Assembly: GCA_024679065.1 (NCBI GenBank)
Contig: JAGIQG010000009.1
Coordinates: 102,486,001-102,550,000, forward strand
Length of the DNA: 64,000 bases
Reading direction: 5' to 3'
Origin: Sphyrna mokarran
Taxonomy: Eukaryota
Every line of letters starts with the position of its first letter. Positions within the stretch are counted from its first letter, which is position 1. The notes under the pieces were generated by a model. The model was not told the DNA's origin. It saw only the letters and a program-made list of their open reading frames with translations, and made no database searches. A program made the position numbers and the translations under genes. This document shows, piece after piece, positions 13,170 to 26,374 of the stretch.

Positions 13170-13530
13170 TCTTTGTGTCATTGCCACATGCATCAGGTTG
13201 TATTTCAATCTGAGCAAGATTCATCCGATGCACAAAACATTGCCTCATGTTAGCTGTCTGTACAGAATTTGATTGGAGGTGTCGTCATCTATCCAATCAT
13301 GTCTGATCCATAAGCTGAGTCGTGCTTCTATTAGTATTTTCTGTCGTTGTCCACATTTTAACACAGGCAATTGAAAAAGTTGTCCTGTCATTTGATGTGC
13401 ACAAGGTGGTGCAACTGAAAATTGTCAAGCACTTTGTCATGATAGTAGTTGTAGGACCAGCTTTAAACCATAAGAAATTAGACTATAAGTGGTGTCATGC
13501 CAGTTGTCAGCGTGAAGATATTGTAAATCT
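13170..13530 (-). mobile_element. Highly decayed RTE-clade LINE C-terminal fragment
   Basis: Minus translation ..EARLSLWIRH..SNQILYRQL..LKYNL resembles the RTE QLRWxGH..PKQILYGEL..LKxNL motif string. Confidence 0.45.
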
Positions 13531-13563
13531 TTAAAACTATATTTTAAAAGCTACATTTTAAAT

Positions 13564-13643
13564 CAGTGGTCTCCAAACTCCCTTCTAGATGTAGCCCGCT
13601 GCAGCTTAGATGTGGCCCTCAGGCCATAGTTTGGAGACCCCTG
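13564..13643. mobile_element. 80-bp hAT/Charlie-type MITE
   Basis: TIRs CAGTGGTCTCCAAACT / AGTTTGGAGACCCCTG; perfect 8-bp TSD TTTTAAAT at 13556-13563 and 13644-13651. Confidence 0.9.
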
Positions 13644-14149
13644 TTTTAAATGATTAAAAATCAAAATTCCTTTCGAGGGCCACCAGACATCTTTTGTAGA
13701 TTAAGAAAATATCTTGTCCCCAGAAAGAACAAAGAGGATACTGATATTGACTCTGTCAAGCCAAAAGGTAAACAAACCTCATCAATATCTTCATTGTTAA
13801 TGCTGGTGTATTTCAAATACAAAAGTGTTTGGCTAACAGAAACCACAGGTGTGAGAAGCACTATACCTTATTTAGAAAATGACTCTGCACTTCTTGTGAG
13901 CTTAAAAGCAGCCATTTATCTTCTCTGCTAAAAAAATCGCAGAATTCAATTTGCATAGAAAGCAAGAATTCCATTAGAGTCCATGGAACAACTACATTGG
14001 TCAACTAAGTAGCCAAGATACTGAACAGAAATACCTTGAAAAGATTCATCTGTTTCAATTCAAGTTCCTTGGAGAAATCAACCTCCAGGCAGAGCAACTA
14101 CTAGAACCCTGAGAACCTTGCTTTTTTCAAGGCCATCACTCCAGCCAAA

Positions 14150-15040
14150 GTATCAACTCGGCTGTGTTCTCAGCCGCCTACTGAATTCCTCATACATCTA
14201 TGATTGTGTGGCCAAATTCCCCTTCATTTCAATTTTCAAATTTCTGATGACACCACCATAATGGGTCGGATCTCAAAAAATGATGAGACACAATATAGGA
14301 AGAAAGAATCTGGTGAACTAGTGCGGCAACAATAACTCTCCCTCAATGTCAACAAAATGAAGGAGATTGTCATTGACTTCAGGAAGTGTAAAGGAGAACA
14401 TGCCCTTGTTCAACAGGGATGAAATAGAAAGGATGAAGACTTTCAGGTTTTAGATCCAGATCACAAAACACCTGTCCTGGTCTCCACATGCTGATGCTAT
14501 AGTTAAGAAAGCCTACCATGCCTCTACTTTCTCAGAAAACTAAGGAAATTTGGCATTCAGCTACAACATTCAACAACGTTTACAGATGCACCAGAAAAAG
14601 AATTCTTTCTGGTTGTATCACAGATTGGTATAGTTCCTGATCTGCCCAAGACTGCAAGGAACTACAAGAGCTCCTGAATCCATCACTCAAACCAGCCTCC
14701 ATCCATTGACTCTGTCTACACTTCCCGCTGCCTCGGCAGAGCAGCCAGCTTAATTAAGGACCCCTAGCACCCCCGACATTCTCCCACCTCCTTCTTCCAT
14801 CGAGAAAAATATACAAAAGTCTGAGGCCACGTACCAACCGACTTAAGAATAGCTTCTTCCCTGCTGCTGTCAGACTTCTGAATGGACTTACCTCGCATTA
14901 AGTTGATCTTTCTCAATACCCTAGCTATGACTGTAATGCTACATTCTGCACTCTGTCATTTCCTTCTCTATGAATGGCCCACTTTGTATCGTGTATAAAA
15001 AAGAATACTTTTCACTGTTACCACACGTGACAATAAAATC
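14150..15040 (+). mobile_element. Rex1/Babar LINE 3' fragment
   Basis: GCVLS..YDCVAKF..DDTT..NVNKMKEIVIDFRK motifs; 3' end CACGTGACAATAAA. Confidence 0.8.
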
Positions 15041-15912
15041 AGCTAACAACCATCAGATCTCAGCAAAATAAAGACTGAATTAAATTTTATTTTTGCTTTT
15101 TTCTGTTGATATCCTTGTCTAATTTACATGGGTGCTAGTGTCATTGATTCACAAGTTTTTCATTAACCTTCAGGACAAGTGTGTGAGAATTCTTTTTTTA
15201 AAATCCTTCATTTTCAAATATATATAAACTTGCTGCTGGTTAATTGAAATTTAGTCACTCACAGAGTTTAAGAAAATGCACACATCCATTCACAAATATA
15301 GATCATAGACACAACAAAAGAAAACTCCTGATTTCCAGTTTTACTGTTTGCCAGGAGTTAACTGTCCAAAGCTGTAATTCTTCAAGCAGTGCAACAATTT
15401 GTTTCCCCAATCAGATGCAGATTTACTGCGCAACTTCAAATATTCTTTCCTCTCTCCGTGCAGTCGCTTGGCTCTTATCTATGGATACGTCATAAACGGA
15501 AATTGAAACTGTGCTTTTGACATTATTGAAAACCATATCATAAACATATAGGCTAACTGGCCCTGAGCTTCAAGTATATATTCATCAATAACCTGAAGTT
15601 TGTGAATGACCTGCTCACTACTTTTGCCTTGGTTCCTTTAGAACTGTTTTCTGAACTTTTGTAATAATGTCTATATTCCATCCGTTAAATATCCTGAGCA
15701 AATTCTGTGATATAATTTCTTAATCATTAAGTTAAAATTGACAAAGCTGTTAATGCATATTCCCTGGCTTTTCATAGTGATATCTGGTCGTTTCTGTATG
15801 GGGTATTGGTTTGATAAAACTGCGAGATGGCACAGTGGTTAGGACTGCTGCTTCACAGTTCCAGGGACTTGGGTTTGATTCCCTGCTTGGGTCACTGTCT
15901 GTGGACTTTCTA

Positions 15913-17041
15913 CAGGGAGTAAGTGGAGTGATCAGCAAGTTTGCAGACGACACAAAGATGACTGGACTTGCGGATAGTAAGGAGCATTGTCAGGCGATGC
16001 AGCAGGACATAGATAGGCTGGTAGCTTGGGCAGACAGATGGCAGATGGAATTCAATCCTGATAAATGTGAGGTGATGCATTTCGGGAGAAAGAATGTAGG
16101 GGGGAGGTATATGATAAAGGGTAGACCTATTAAGAGTATAGAAACGCAGAGGGACCTGGGGGTGCAGGTGAACAAGTCTCTGAAGGTGGCAGAGCAGGTG
16201 GAGAAAGTTGTGAAGAAAGCATATGGTATGCTAGCCTTTATAGGAAGGGGTATAGAGTACAAGAGCTGGCCTTTAATGTTGCAGTTGTATAAAACGTTGG
16301 TTAGACCTCATTTGGAATACTGCGTCCAGCTCTGGTCGCCTTACTACCGGAAGGACGTGGAGACTATGCAGAGAGTGCAGAGGAGGTTTACCAGGATGCT
16401 GCCTGGTATGGAAGGTCTGAGTTATGAGGAGAGGTTAGGCAAATTGGGACTGTTTTCCTTAGAAAGACGTAGACTTAGAGGAGATCTAATAGAGGTGTAC
16501 AAAATGCACAAAATAGGGATCATGAGCCTTGGGAGTCCCTGGGAAGTGTGTAAATAGATGATGATATTGATGTACTGTTTTTTATCCTACAGGTGCTTTG
16601 GTCCACCTTGTTGTCTAACAAGGGCATACACGCGATGGGTCGTGAGAGGGCTGCTCTTGGATTTTTTCGAGAGTATCTAGTGCTTCACGTCGTTAGTGTA
16701 CGCTTGACCTGGACCATTTGATGGGCAACACAACAGCTCAGTGACTATTGCTGTGCTGTGCAGATACATGGATTTGGGCCTGTGTCTATAGGAATTTGCG
16801 CATTCTCCCTGTGCTTGCGTGGGTTTTCTCCATGCTCCGGTTTCCTCCCACATCCCAAGGATGTGCTCTTAGGCTAATTGGCAAAACAAATTCTCCCTAA
16901 ATTGTCTCAAATTTGGTTTTTAATTCATAGATCTATAAACATAGACAGGGATCGCGGGTAGAGGTGGGAACATCGGGGTGGTGGCACGGGCTCGTTGGGC
17001 CGAAGGGCGTGTTTCCCGTGCTGTTTTATTCTTTGTTCTTT
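15913..17041 (+). mobile_element. CR1 LINE (subfamily 2) with V-SINE-derived 3' UTR, preceded by an HE1 SINE head (15827-15912)
   Basis: RT C-terminal ORF to 16557; UTR homologous to 61885-62369; TTCTTTG tail. Confidence 0.9.
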
Positions 17042-17199
17042 GAGAATTTAGGATGGCCAGTGCGTTGAACCAGTTCATTTTTCGGACTATGGGAGGAAAC
17101 CCATACAGACACTTGCAGACTCTACACAGACAGTGAGCCAAGCCAGCAATCGAATCCAAGCCCCGGCACTGTAAATTAATGCTTTTGATTTGTCATTAA

Positions 17200-17917
17200 A
17201 AATTAGAAAGAGTGCAGAAAAGATTTACTAGGATGCTACCGAGACTTGATGGTTTAAGTTATAAGGAGAGGCTAAATAGCCTAGGAATTTTTTCCCTGGA
17301 GGGAGGAGGTTTATAGAGGTCTATAAAATAACGAGGGCATAGATCAGCTAGATAGTCAAGAGCTGTTTCCAAAGGTAAGGAAGTCTAAAACTAGAGGATA
17401 TAGGTTTAAGATGAGAGGGAAGAGAATCAAAGGGGTCCAGAGGGGCAATTTTTGCACTCAGAGAACATAGAAGAACATAGAACATTACAGCGCAGTACAG
17501 GCCCTTCAGCCCTTGATGTTGCTCCAACCAGTGGAACCCATCTAATGACCCTCCAACCTAAACTATTCCAATGTTATCCACATGCCTATCCACTGACCGT
17601 TTGAACGCCCTTAAAGTTGGCAAGTCCACAACTGCTGCAGGCAGGGCATTTCACGCCCTTACTACCCTCTGAGTAAAGAACCCACCTCTCACATCCGTCC
17701 TATAACTAACAGAGGGTGGTGAGTGTCTGAAATGAACTGCCAGAGATAGTAGTAGAGGCGGGAACAACTTAGAAAGTTACATAGATAAGATGAGTGTAGA
17801 GGGATATGGATCATATGCAGGCAATTGGGACTAAGTGGGAAAAACTGGGTGGTATGGACGTCAGGTCAAAGGGACCTGTTCCTATGCTGTAAACCTCTAT
17901 AAATCTATATGACTCTA
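17200..17917 (+). mobile_element. CR1 3' fragment with nested antisense CR1 end (~17462-17705)
   Basis: CR1 C-terminal motifs interrupted by (GAACATA)n-tailed reverse copy. Confidence 0.75.
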
Positions 17918-18359
17918 GGATCCATCCTGGACATTGATCCATCCTTCAAAGCTGCAGTGTATGTTGGTGGGTTATAATTTCTAAAAGTGCCCACTAGTCA
18001 CATTATTCCGAAGTAGAGGGTTTTCGGATGACAGCAAGGCAAGAGTGTCCTTGCTGAGGAGGCCTCGCTCCCCCAGTCAAGTAGGAGTTTTATTTAATGG
18101 TTCCTACAGATTATGAATCTGGGGTTGTAACACTGTGAGGGATGTCACTTATTGGTACTATGCAGGTACCATCTATGTGGAGTAGGGTCTGGCACAACAT
18201 TCTGGACAGTCCATCAGCAAGTTGATTTGGCTGCATGAGGATTTGGTCAGCTCAGAGCATGGGTTTAATCATTATGTTACACTTCTACGTGCCTCTGCAT
18301 TGAATTCTCAAAAACAGCAACCTGGAGACATATGGATCTATTAACCACTGTGTCACTAT

Positions 18360-18646
18360 GGGCAGCACAGTGGTATAGTGGTTAGCACTGCTGCCTCATG
18401 GCATCAAGGACCCGGTTCCATTCCAGCCTTGGGTGACTGTTTAGAGTTTGTGGGTTTCTTTTGGTTACTCTGTTTTCCTACACAGTCCAAAGTTATGCAG
18501 GTTAGGTTGATTGGCCATGCTAAATGGCTTCTTAGTGTCAGAGGAGAATTAGCAGGGTAAATATGTGGAATAGGGCCTGGGTGAGTTTGTTGTTGGTCCA
18601 GGCTTGATGGGTCAAATGGGCTCTTTCTGCACTATCAGGATTTTAT
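18360..18646 (+). mobile_element. HE1-type V-SINE
   Basis: tRNA head and CR1-like tail. Confidence 0.75.
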
Positions 18647-19841
18647 GAATGTTGTAAAAATTGCTAAGACATTTTACAGAGGTGTCATCTATAAAGAATT
18701 ACATAACGCCACAAATAAAATGTTAGAGCTAATAATCAGAAACCTATTTAAAGAGGTAAGTTTAATGGAGCAAGTTAAACGAGGAAAGAGAAGTGGGAAG
18801 ACGGACACTTGTTTAAGTTTGTGGATCTTTAATTTTTTTGCCCAGAAGCATGTTATCTTAAAAGGAACACCTATGTGGTAATTTCCAGTTGCAGCGCGAC
18901 TATATTATCACCTCGCTTAAAGAGGACATTACCCTCTGTCCTGTGTCCATACCTCTTGTTTGAAGTAACTGTATTCATCAAGAGTATACTTGCAATTCAG
19001 TGCAACTTCCCTTTAAGAAAGAGACAGACTGCCTTTAATAACGTAAGAACACAAGAACTAGGAGCAGAAATAGGCCATCAGGCTCCTCGAGCCTCCTCTG
19101 CCATTCAATAAGATCATGGCTGATTTTTAAGAACTGATAGACTCCAAAATCATGCACGGGATTACAATGAACCACTAACCTGATGCAGGCCAATCAAACA
19201 CTCCCCACTCCTCCTCATACCAAGAGATAATTCCCAAACCTTACACTCCTTTCCTGCAGATCCAGCCCAGAAATGGACTCAGAGGAGGAAGAGAGTTGCA
19301 AAAAGGAGGTAAAGCAAATTTAAATCTTTCCTTGCCAGATACAGTCATGATGAGAGTTTGAAGATGAGGAGGGAGATGGAGGCAGACTGAAACTCACCTC
19401 TGAGTTCCTCATAGATGTAGTGGCCTATGTTCCTCTACCCAAACGCCAGTAAAACTTTCCCTGCACCACAGACTTCCTCAATGCAATGCTCTACCTCACA
19501 CACTGTGACCTATCCATGTAATGCCACACACTCCTTATTCAGGCAGAGGGTCATGACTTCAAGTATTATATAGGATTTACCTGTTTTTAACCTGGATCAA
19601 TCAAATCATACATGTACAGAAATACTGTCTGCTCGCACTAATGTCAAAATCACAAGAAGTTAGGGGCTAGGCTAACTTCATAATATATCTTGGAGTTTCT
19701 GACCTGGTCTCAACAACTTAAATTCACAGTTTGAGACTCTCAAATCAGAACTCATCCAAGTTCTCTACTTGCTAATAGATTAAACTGGTATTTAATATGT
19801 CAGAAGTACTGTACTGTGGAAGCAAAAAAACAGGAGCACAT

Positions 19842-20120
19842 GGGTGTGGCACAGTGGTTAGTGCTGCTGCCTTGCAGCACCAGGGACCTGTATTCAATTC
19901 CTGGCTTGGGTCACTGCCTGCGCGGAGTCTGCACATTCTCCGTGTCTGCGTGGGTTTCCTCTGGGTGCTCTAGTTTCTTCCCATAGTCTGAAAGACGTGC
20001 TGGTTAGGTGCATTGGCCATGCTAAATTCCCCCTCAGTGTACCCGAACAGGCTCCAGCGTGTGGCCACTAGGGGATTTTCACAATAATGTAAGCCTACTT
20101 GTGACGCTAATAAATAAATG
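19842..20120 (+). mobile_element. V-SINE with alternative (Rex1-like) tail
   Basis: tRNA head + V domain; tail GGGGATTTTCACA..AAGCCTACTTGTGACGCTAATAAATAAA. Confidence 0.8.
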
Positions 20121-20329
20121 TTTTTAAAAACCTGCAGTTTCATACCATTTACCAATAGATGGAGATCACAAACGGTTGCTTTAATGTGTATACAAATATT
20201 CCATTTCTGAATTTGACCTGAATTTAATGAACAAAACCTCAGTGTATATTATTGATTTCAATGGATGCAAAATAAATTTCAGCTGCTTTATTGAAAGGAG
20301 GGAAATTAAAGTGAGGTGACACCAGACTT

Positions 20330-20638
20330 TCATAGAACCATACAGTACAAAAGGAGACCATTCAGTCTGCACCAACCACAATGCCATCGAGACCCTATCC
20401 CAATGCCCCCATGTACATAACCAAGATAGTCCCCCTGACACTAAGGGGCAACTCAGTATGGCCAATCAATCTAACTTGCATATCTTTGGAGACTGTGGGA
20501 GGAAACTGGAGCACCCGGAGGAAACCTATGCAGACACAGGGAAAAAGTGCAAAACGCCACGCAGACAGCAACTCAAGGCCGGAATTGAACCCGAGTCGCT
20601 AGCACTGCAATGCTAACCACTCTGCCACTGTGCTGTCC
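20330..20638 (-). mobile_element. HE1-type V-SINE
   Basis: Reverse-complement head, V domain and CR1-like tail. Confidence 0.8.
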
Positions 20639-21227
20639 CATAAGTGAAGTGGAATTTCATTTTACACCTCAGTGCATTTCAATAACTGGTAGATTTTCTA
20701 TTCTACTGGAGCCAGTGGTAAAGAATATTGGGCATGTTGCGAAATTGGTGCCGGGTCATTATTAGTCAGTTTTACACTGCTGTCGTGGACCAATTTCATT
20801 CAGAATTAATAGCTACTGCAGACAGCAGGGTGAATTAAATAAACAGCTAAGGAGGAGCTGCAAATGACATTTTTCCTGGTCTCAAGATATCCCAAAGCTT
20901 CTCATAGCCAATAGCTTGCTTTTGAATAATACTGTGACTGTTGTAATGTAGAAACCAAGGCAGTCAATTTGCACATGGCAAAATATTGTAAACAGCTTGG
21001 AATGGTCTTCACCTGAACCACACTGGGACCAATGTCCTGATGAATGGTGTAACCTGGATGGTAGAGAGGGTACTTAACATCATCATGGGGTGGGGTTCAT
21101 GGTTATAGAGAATTGAAAAATTAAAGAGGAGAGACAATGCAATAATACAGAGTGAATATTGGTAGCCAGAGTGTGAAAGGAACGGACAGAATATACAAGT
21201 ATAAGACTGCACCAGAAAATTTATTGT

Positions 21228-21519
21228 TTTTATTTATTAGTGTCACAAGTAGGCTTGCATTAATTGTGAAATGAACTTACTGTGAAAGTTCCCTAATTGT
21301 GACACTCTATCTATTCGTGTACACTGAGGGAAAATTTAGCATAGGCAACACACCTAACCAGCACGTCTTTTGGACTGTGGGAGGAAAATGGAGCCCCCAG
21401 AGGAAACCCACGTAGACATGGGGAGAATGTGCAGACTCCACACAGACAATGAACCAAGGTGGGAATCAAACCCAGTCCCTGGCACTGTGAGGCAGCAGCA
21501 CTGACCACGGTGCCGCCCA
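21228..21519 (-). mobile_element. V-SINE with alternative (Rex1-like) tail
   Basis: Same structure as 19842-20120, reversed. Confidence 0.8.
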
Positions 21520-23164
21520 AGTAGGGGGGAGAAAAAAGCCCCCTAACAGAGGGTTGAGTGGATTCAAGTGAAGGGAGATTTTAAGATCCAAAAAAAGGCA
21601 GTTAAAAAGCATATTGGTGTGGTTAGAGATAAGCTGAGTGGGTCAGGAAGGTTAAGAGATTTTAACAGCAATATTGCACTATGGCGGAATATACAGGGGT
21701 AAAGAAACTAAAATCACTTTATCTGAATGTATGGAGCACCCTAAATAAGATAGATGAACTAGTGGCATGGTTAGTTTGATTACAGCTTATATTCAGTCAT
21801 CAATATAGGGACCTGGTTACAAGGGAATAAATATTCCTGGGCACACAATGGGATGGAGTTTACGGGATTCCATGATTTTTATTAATGTCTTGACACCACC
21901 CTTGATACTGCTTGATGTCTGACAGCAATTTCGACATTTGGAGCAATGTTAATTGCTTTAAGGGAAGACTTCCATTTCTACCTCAGGTGGATGTCCCAGC
22001 TTAGAGAGATACTGGCTGATAGGATGGTTGGCTACGCTGATCCTGGCAGTGCCAGGCAGGAACAATGTTAAGTAGCCCAGACTTCAGATAAGTCAAATGT
22101 GCTGCTGGGTTTCATTAAAAAGAAGGGGCTTATAATGTTGCAAAGAATAGTAATGGACTTGAAAATTGTGTTTGGAAACCAGCAAAGGCCCACCAGTAAG
22201 TTAATAAAAAGATAGAAAAAAATAGAATTTATAAATGAGCTAGCCAAGAACATCGAACAGATCTAAAGGTTTTAACAAGTACATAAAAAAGGGAGTAGCC
22301 AAAATAAATGTCAACTCTTCAAAGCAGAAAGAGGAGAAATTGTCATGAGGAATAGGGAAATAGAAGAGACATTGAACAAATATTTTATATCATGTTAGAA
22401 AACACAAGTTGAATTCTACAAATAAAAGCTAATGTAACAGCTAATAAAAGTGAGGAAATCAAAGCATTAATATCAGCAGCGAAAAATACTTGGGACACAA
22501 TGGGGACGAGAAACCCACAAATAAAAAAAGACCCAATGGCCTGTTTCCTATTGTTCTATAAGACATAGTGGATGCACTAGCTATGACTTTCTGAAATTAC
22601 CTGAATTCTGAAACTGTACCAGTAGATTGAAAGTTTGCAAATGTAAAAATACTATTTCTATGAAATAAAAATATAAACATGACTAAATATAAGTTCTACA
22701 AAATACAGACACTAATCGGAAGGATTGGCTTTTATCATTAGGACTGGACGATCAGTTTGATGCTTCAAGTCAACATAGTTATTTTCATTCATTTACATTA
22801 AGTGTAAGAATTAAGATATCATTGCAGAATGGTCCAATATAGACAGTGTAATCATTATTTTATAATCAGTCCCTCCATATTTGAATTCGACCATATTCCA
22901 TGTCCTCATCAATTACATACACATTCCTTTCAGTATTTCCAGTGGATTCAGGTGACTTCATGTCACTGTATAACACAGCAGGATCACTTGTTGATGACTT
23001 CTGCTATCGAATAAAAATATAATTGAACATCATTAGATAAAAACAGAATATGGCAGGTGTTACAAATCAGAAATAAAATGAGAAGTGATAGTAGTACACA
23101 GCCTATTAGCATTATCAATTGAAAGAGAAACAAATTAAACATTTCAAGTTGAATGTTCTTAGAA

Positions 23165-23810
23165 CCGTAGAGTCATAGAGATTTACAGCATGGAAACAGG
23201 CCCTTCAGCCCAATTATCCATGCTGCCCATTTTTTAAAACGCCTAAGCTAATCCCAATTTCCCACATTTGGCCCGTATCCCCCTATTTCCATTGTACCCA
23301 TGTAACTATCTAAATGCTTTTTAAAGATAAAATTATACCCGCCTCTACTACTACCTCTGGCAGCTTGTTCCAGATACTGACCACCCTCTGTGTGAAAAAA
23401 TTGCCCCTTTAGATCCTTTAGTACCTCTTCCCTCTCACCTTAAACCTATGCCCTCTAGTTTTAGACTCCCCTCCCTTTGGGAAAAGATATTGATTATCTA
23501 TCTTGTCTCTGCCCCTCATTATTTTATAGACCTCTATAAATTCACTCCTCAGCCTCCTACCCTCCAGAAAAAAAAGTTCCAATCTATCCAGCCTCTCCTT
23601 AAAACTCAATCCATCAAGTCCGAGTAGCATTCTAGTAAATCTTTTCTGCACTCTTTCTAGTTTAATATCCTTTCTATAATAGGATTGCCAGAATTACACA
23701 CAGTATTCTAAGTGTGGCCTTAGCAATGTCTTGTACAACTTTAACAAGACCTCCCAACTCCTGTATTCAAATTTCTGACCGATGCCTTCTTCACCATCCT
23801 ATCCACCTGT
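23165..23810 (-). mobile_element. CR1 LINE 3' fragment
   Basis: QKRFTRML.GLDGLS..ERLDRL, TRGHRFKVRG motifs and tail. Confidence 0.85.
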
Positions 23811-25017
23811 GTGGGCAACAAATCTCTGCCCCAACTCTCAGATTACCTTTCACTCTGCAACTGACTGTGGGCAATGTCAGGGGGAAGTTAGATGTGTCTC
23901 GGAGAAATGAACAAAGCTCCGTCAACCATTCAAACTTGATACGATGAGAAGTGGAATATAACAGATATCAATTTCATGCATTGGCCTGAATAAATGCCAT
24001 CAGCCTAATTTTTTTAGTTTTTCCTATGCAGAATGTATGATTGGTCATAGAATCCTACAGTGCAGAAGGACGCCATTCTGCCCATCGAGTCTGCACCTGA
24101 CAGAGCACCTTATTCACACCCACCACCACATCCTATCTACATAACTTCACATTTTAACCCCGCTAATCTCTTAACCTACACATGTTGGGACATTAAGAGG
24201 CAATTCAGCGTGACCAATTCACTTAACCTGCACATCTTTCTTCCACATTTAAGTAAAGACATATATTCCCTGCCATTGAGTTAAGGACTTGAATCTTTAT
24301 TTCCAGCTTTAACCTATCCTGAAGATGATGAGGATTTTTTCCTGAATTGAAAATTGCAATGAGTGAGAAAGAGAAAGATTTAAGGTCATATAATTGTCGG
24401 CTATTCTGTTGTAAGCTGGACACTAGTTTTACACAGGAAGCATATTTTTTATGTTCTGCGATAAGGCATACATGACCAGTCACATCAGTGGCCAATCATG
24501 TTCCTCCCAGCTATTTTTACCTTTAGAGGCCAGTTGATATGTACATATTGCGCAAGCCTTGGGTCAAGATCAAAGATAAATAAAGATTGAAATCTGACAC
24601 AACCTCAACTAGATGACAATGGAACATTTGTGGTTACATACGCATTGGAGAATTAAACCTCTAACACTCTGGCAGGAAGGGCTAAGAAATTATTTATCCA
24701 TGGGCATTGATCAGAAATTCAATTGAAATACAAGTTCTATTTTTGAACAGTTCATCACAGCCAGAAGGATGTATGAAAGAGGGCATAAACCGACATTGTG
24801 TCCTAACATTATTGAAAAATCTAATAACAAGCCGTATGTTACTTAGAACATTCTTAGCTTTCACTTATAATGATCTAGATTCTGAGTCAGACTGTATAAA
24901 AAACAAAGGCTGTAGTGATCGGGAGGTGGATTTCCTCCCAATGTGTAACCTTTTGAAAAGATAGTTGCTAAGATATGGGGAGTGATCTGTGAAGTTTATC
25001 CATCAAAAACAATAGCT

Positions 25018-26164
25018 TGTTATTAATTATTGTTATTATGACCAACCTTATGGCAATGTATTTTAAGCATGTTCTCTGCCGTTATAAGCAGGCAGTGAGT
25101 TGCCTGACTAAATGTCCTTTCATTGCTGCTTAAATGCTTTAATGGGGTTTTATTTCTTTTAATCTAGGCCTAATGCACTCGCTTGGAGTTTGTGATCTTT
25201 TTGGGATTGTTGGAGCAGTGGAAGGGGGGAGAATGATTGACAGGTCAGGTTGGACAGTTTTGTCTTCCTCACAGTTTTGGTTGGTGGTTAGTTAAAAGGT
25301 GCTTGGACTCCAGGCTGGATGCAATGATTTGTCTCTCTCTCTCTCTCCCTGAAATTAGAAATGCTGCTGGCTGGATGGAAACAGTCTTTCTTGTTTTTCT
25401 GGAGTGAAAATTTTGTTGATGATTTGCTAACTCGAGACAAGCAGTGGCTTGAGCTGCTGGGAGTTCCAGAACAGAGAAGCCAAAGTTTTATTTCTCCAAC
25501 CAAAGGACTAATTCACAGTAGCTATTATAGAGCTGAAATAAATTGCATGAGCATGTATCTTTTCTGTGCTAAACGGAATCTGGGAGTGTATGTTGGTAAC
25601 TATGCTGTGTTGGAATAATACATTGGGATGTTAAGGTTTAACATAACATCATGGGGTTTTTTTCCTTGTTTGTAATTGGTAAAAGTTATTACTGTTTTTA
25701 TTTCTATGTGTTAACTTCATTCTTAAATAAACTTTATTTGATAAAAGCTCCCTCATGGATTATTTGAATCATGTCTGGAATGAAACATGCTAAATTCAAA
25801 ATACAAAACTTATCATAGAATTTGTACAGTGCAGCCTATACTGACCACAATCCTCTCAGGCTCTATCCCTGTAAACCCACATATTAACTCTGCTAATCCC
25901 CTAACACTAAGGGGCAATTCAGCATGGCCAGTCAATCTAACCTGCACATCTTTGGAGTGTAGGAAGAGACTGGAGCACCCGGAGGAAATCTACGCAGACT
26001 TGGGGAGAATGTGCAAACTCCACGCAGTGATTCGAGGCGGGAATAGAACCCAGGACTCTGGTGTTGTGGGACAGCAGTACTAACCATTGTGCCACTGTGC
26101 TGCCCCTGATGGTCTAGGCTGACTTCTTAAAGTACTTTGGAGTTTCAGACTTTGAATTGTGACA
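25018..26164 (+). mobile_element. Probable solo LTR with nested HE1 SINE (~25814-26105, minus)
   Basis: TGTT..GACA termini, near-TSD AGCT/AGTT, internal (TC)n and AATAAA; resembles the sequence flanking the provirus at ~56400 and ~62520. Confidence 0.45.
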
Positions 26165-26242
26165 AGTTACAGATGTAAGTGCCGGTTGAGGGAGGATGGA
26201 TGACAGATTTTGCTCCTGCTGATGTATGAGAGAACAATCCTT

Positions 26243-26374
26243 TTATTTAAAGAGTTCCGGAAAGTTGGAGGAGAGGGGGATGGTCTGAATGTCACCTGCA
26301 ATATGGGCTACAATTGTATAATGGTCAGTATATCGTAAGCTCTGAATATACTGGAGGATCATCAGTCTCTCAGC
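26243..26374 (-). CDS. IgSF receptor, putative last coding exon
   Basis: Acceptor TTTTCAATCTCAACAG; phase 0 gives AERLMILQYIQSLRYTDHYTIV..FK*; a shifted frame encodes TDDPPVYSELTIY* (see findings). Confidence 0.4.
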   Translation of the reverse strand, partial: AERLMILQYIQSLRYTDHYTIVAHIAGDIQTIPLSSNFPELFK

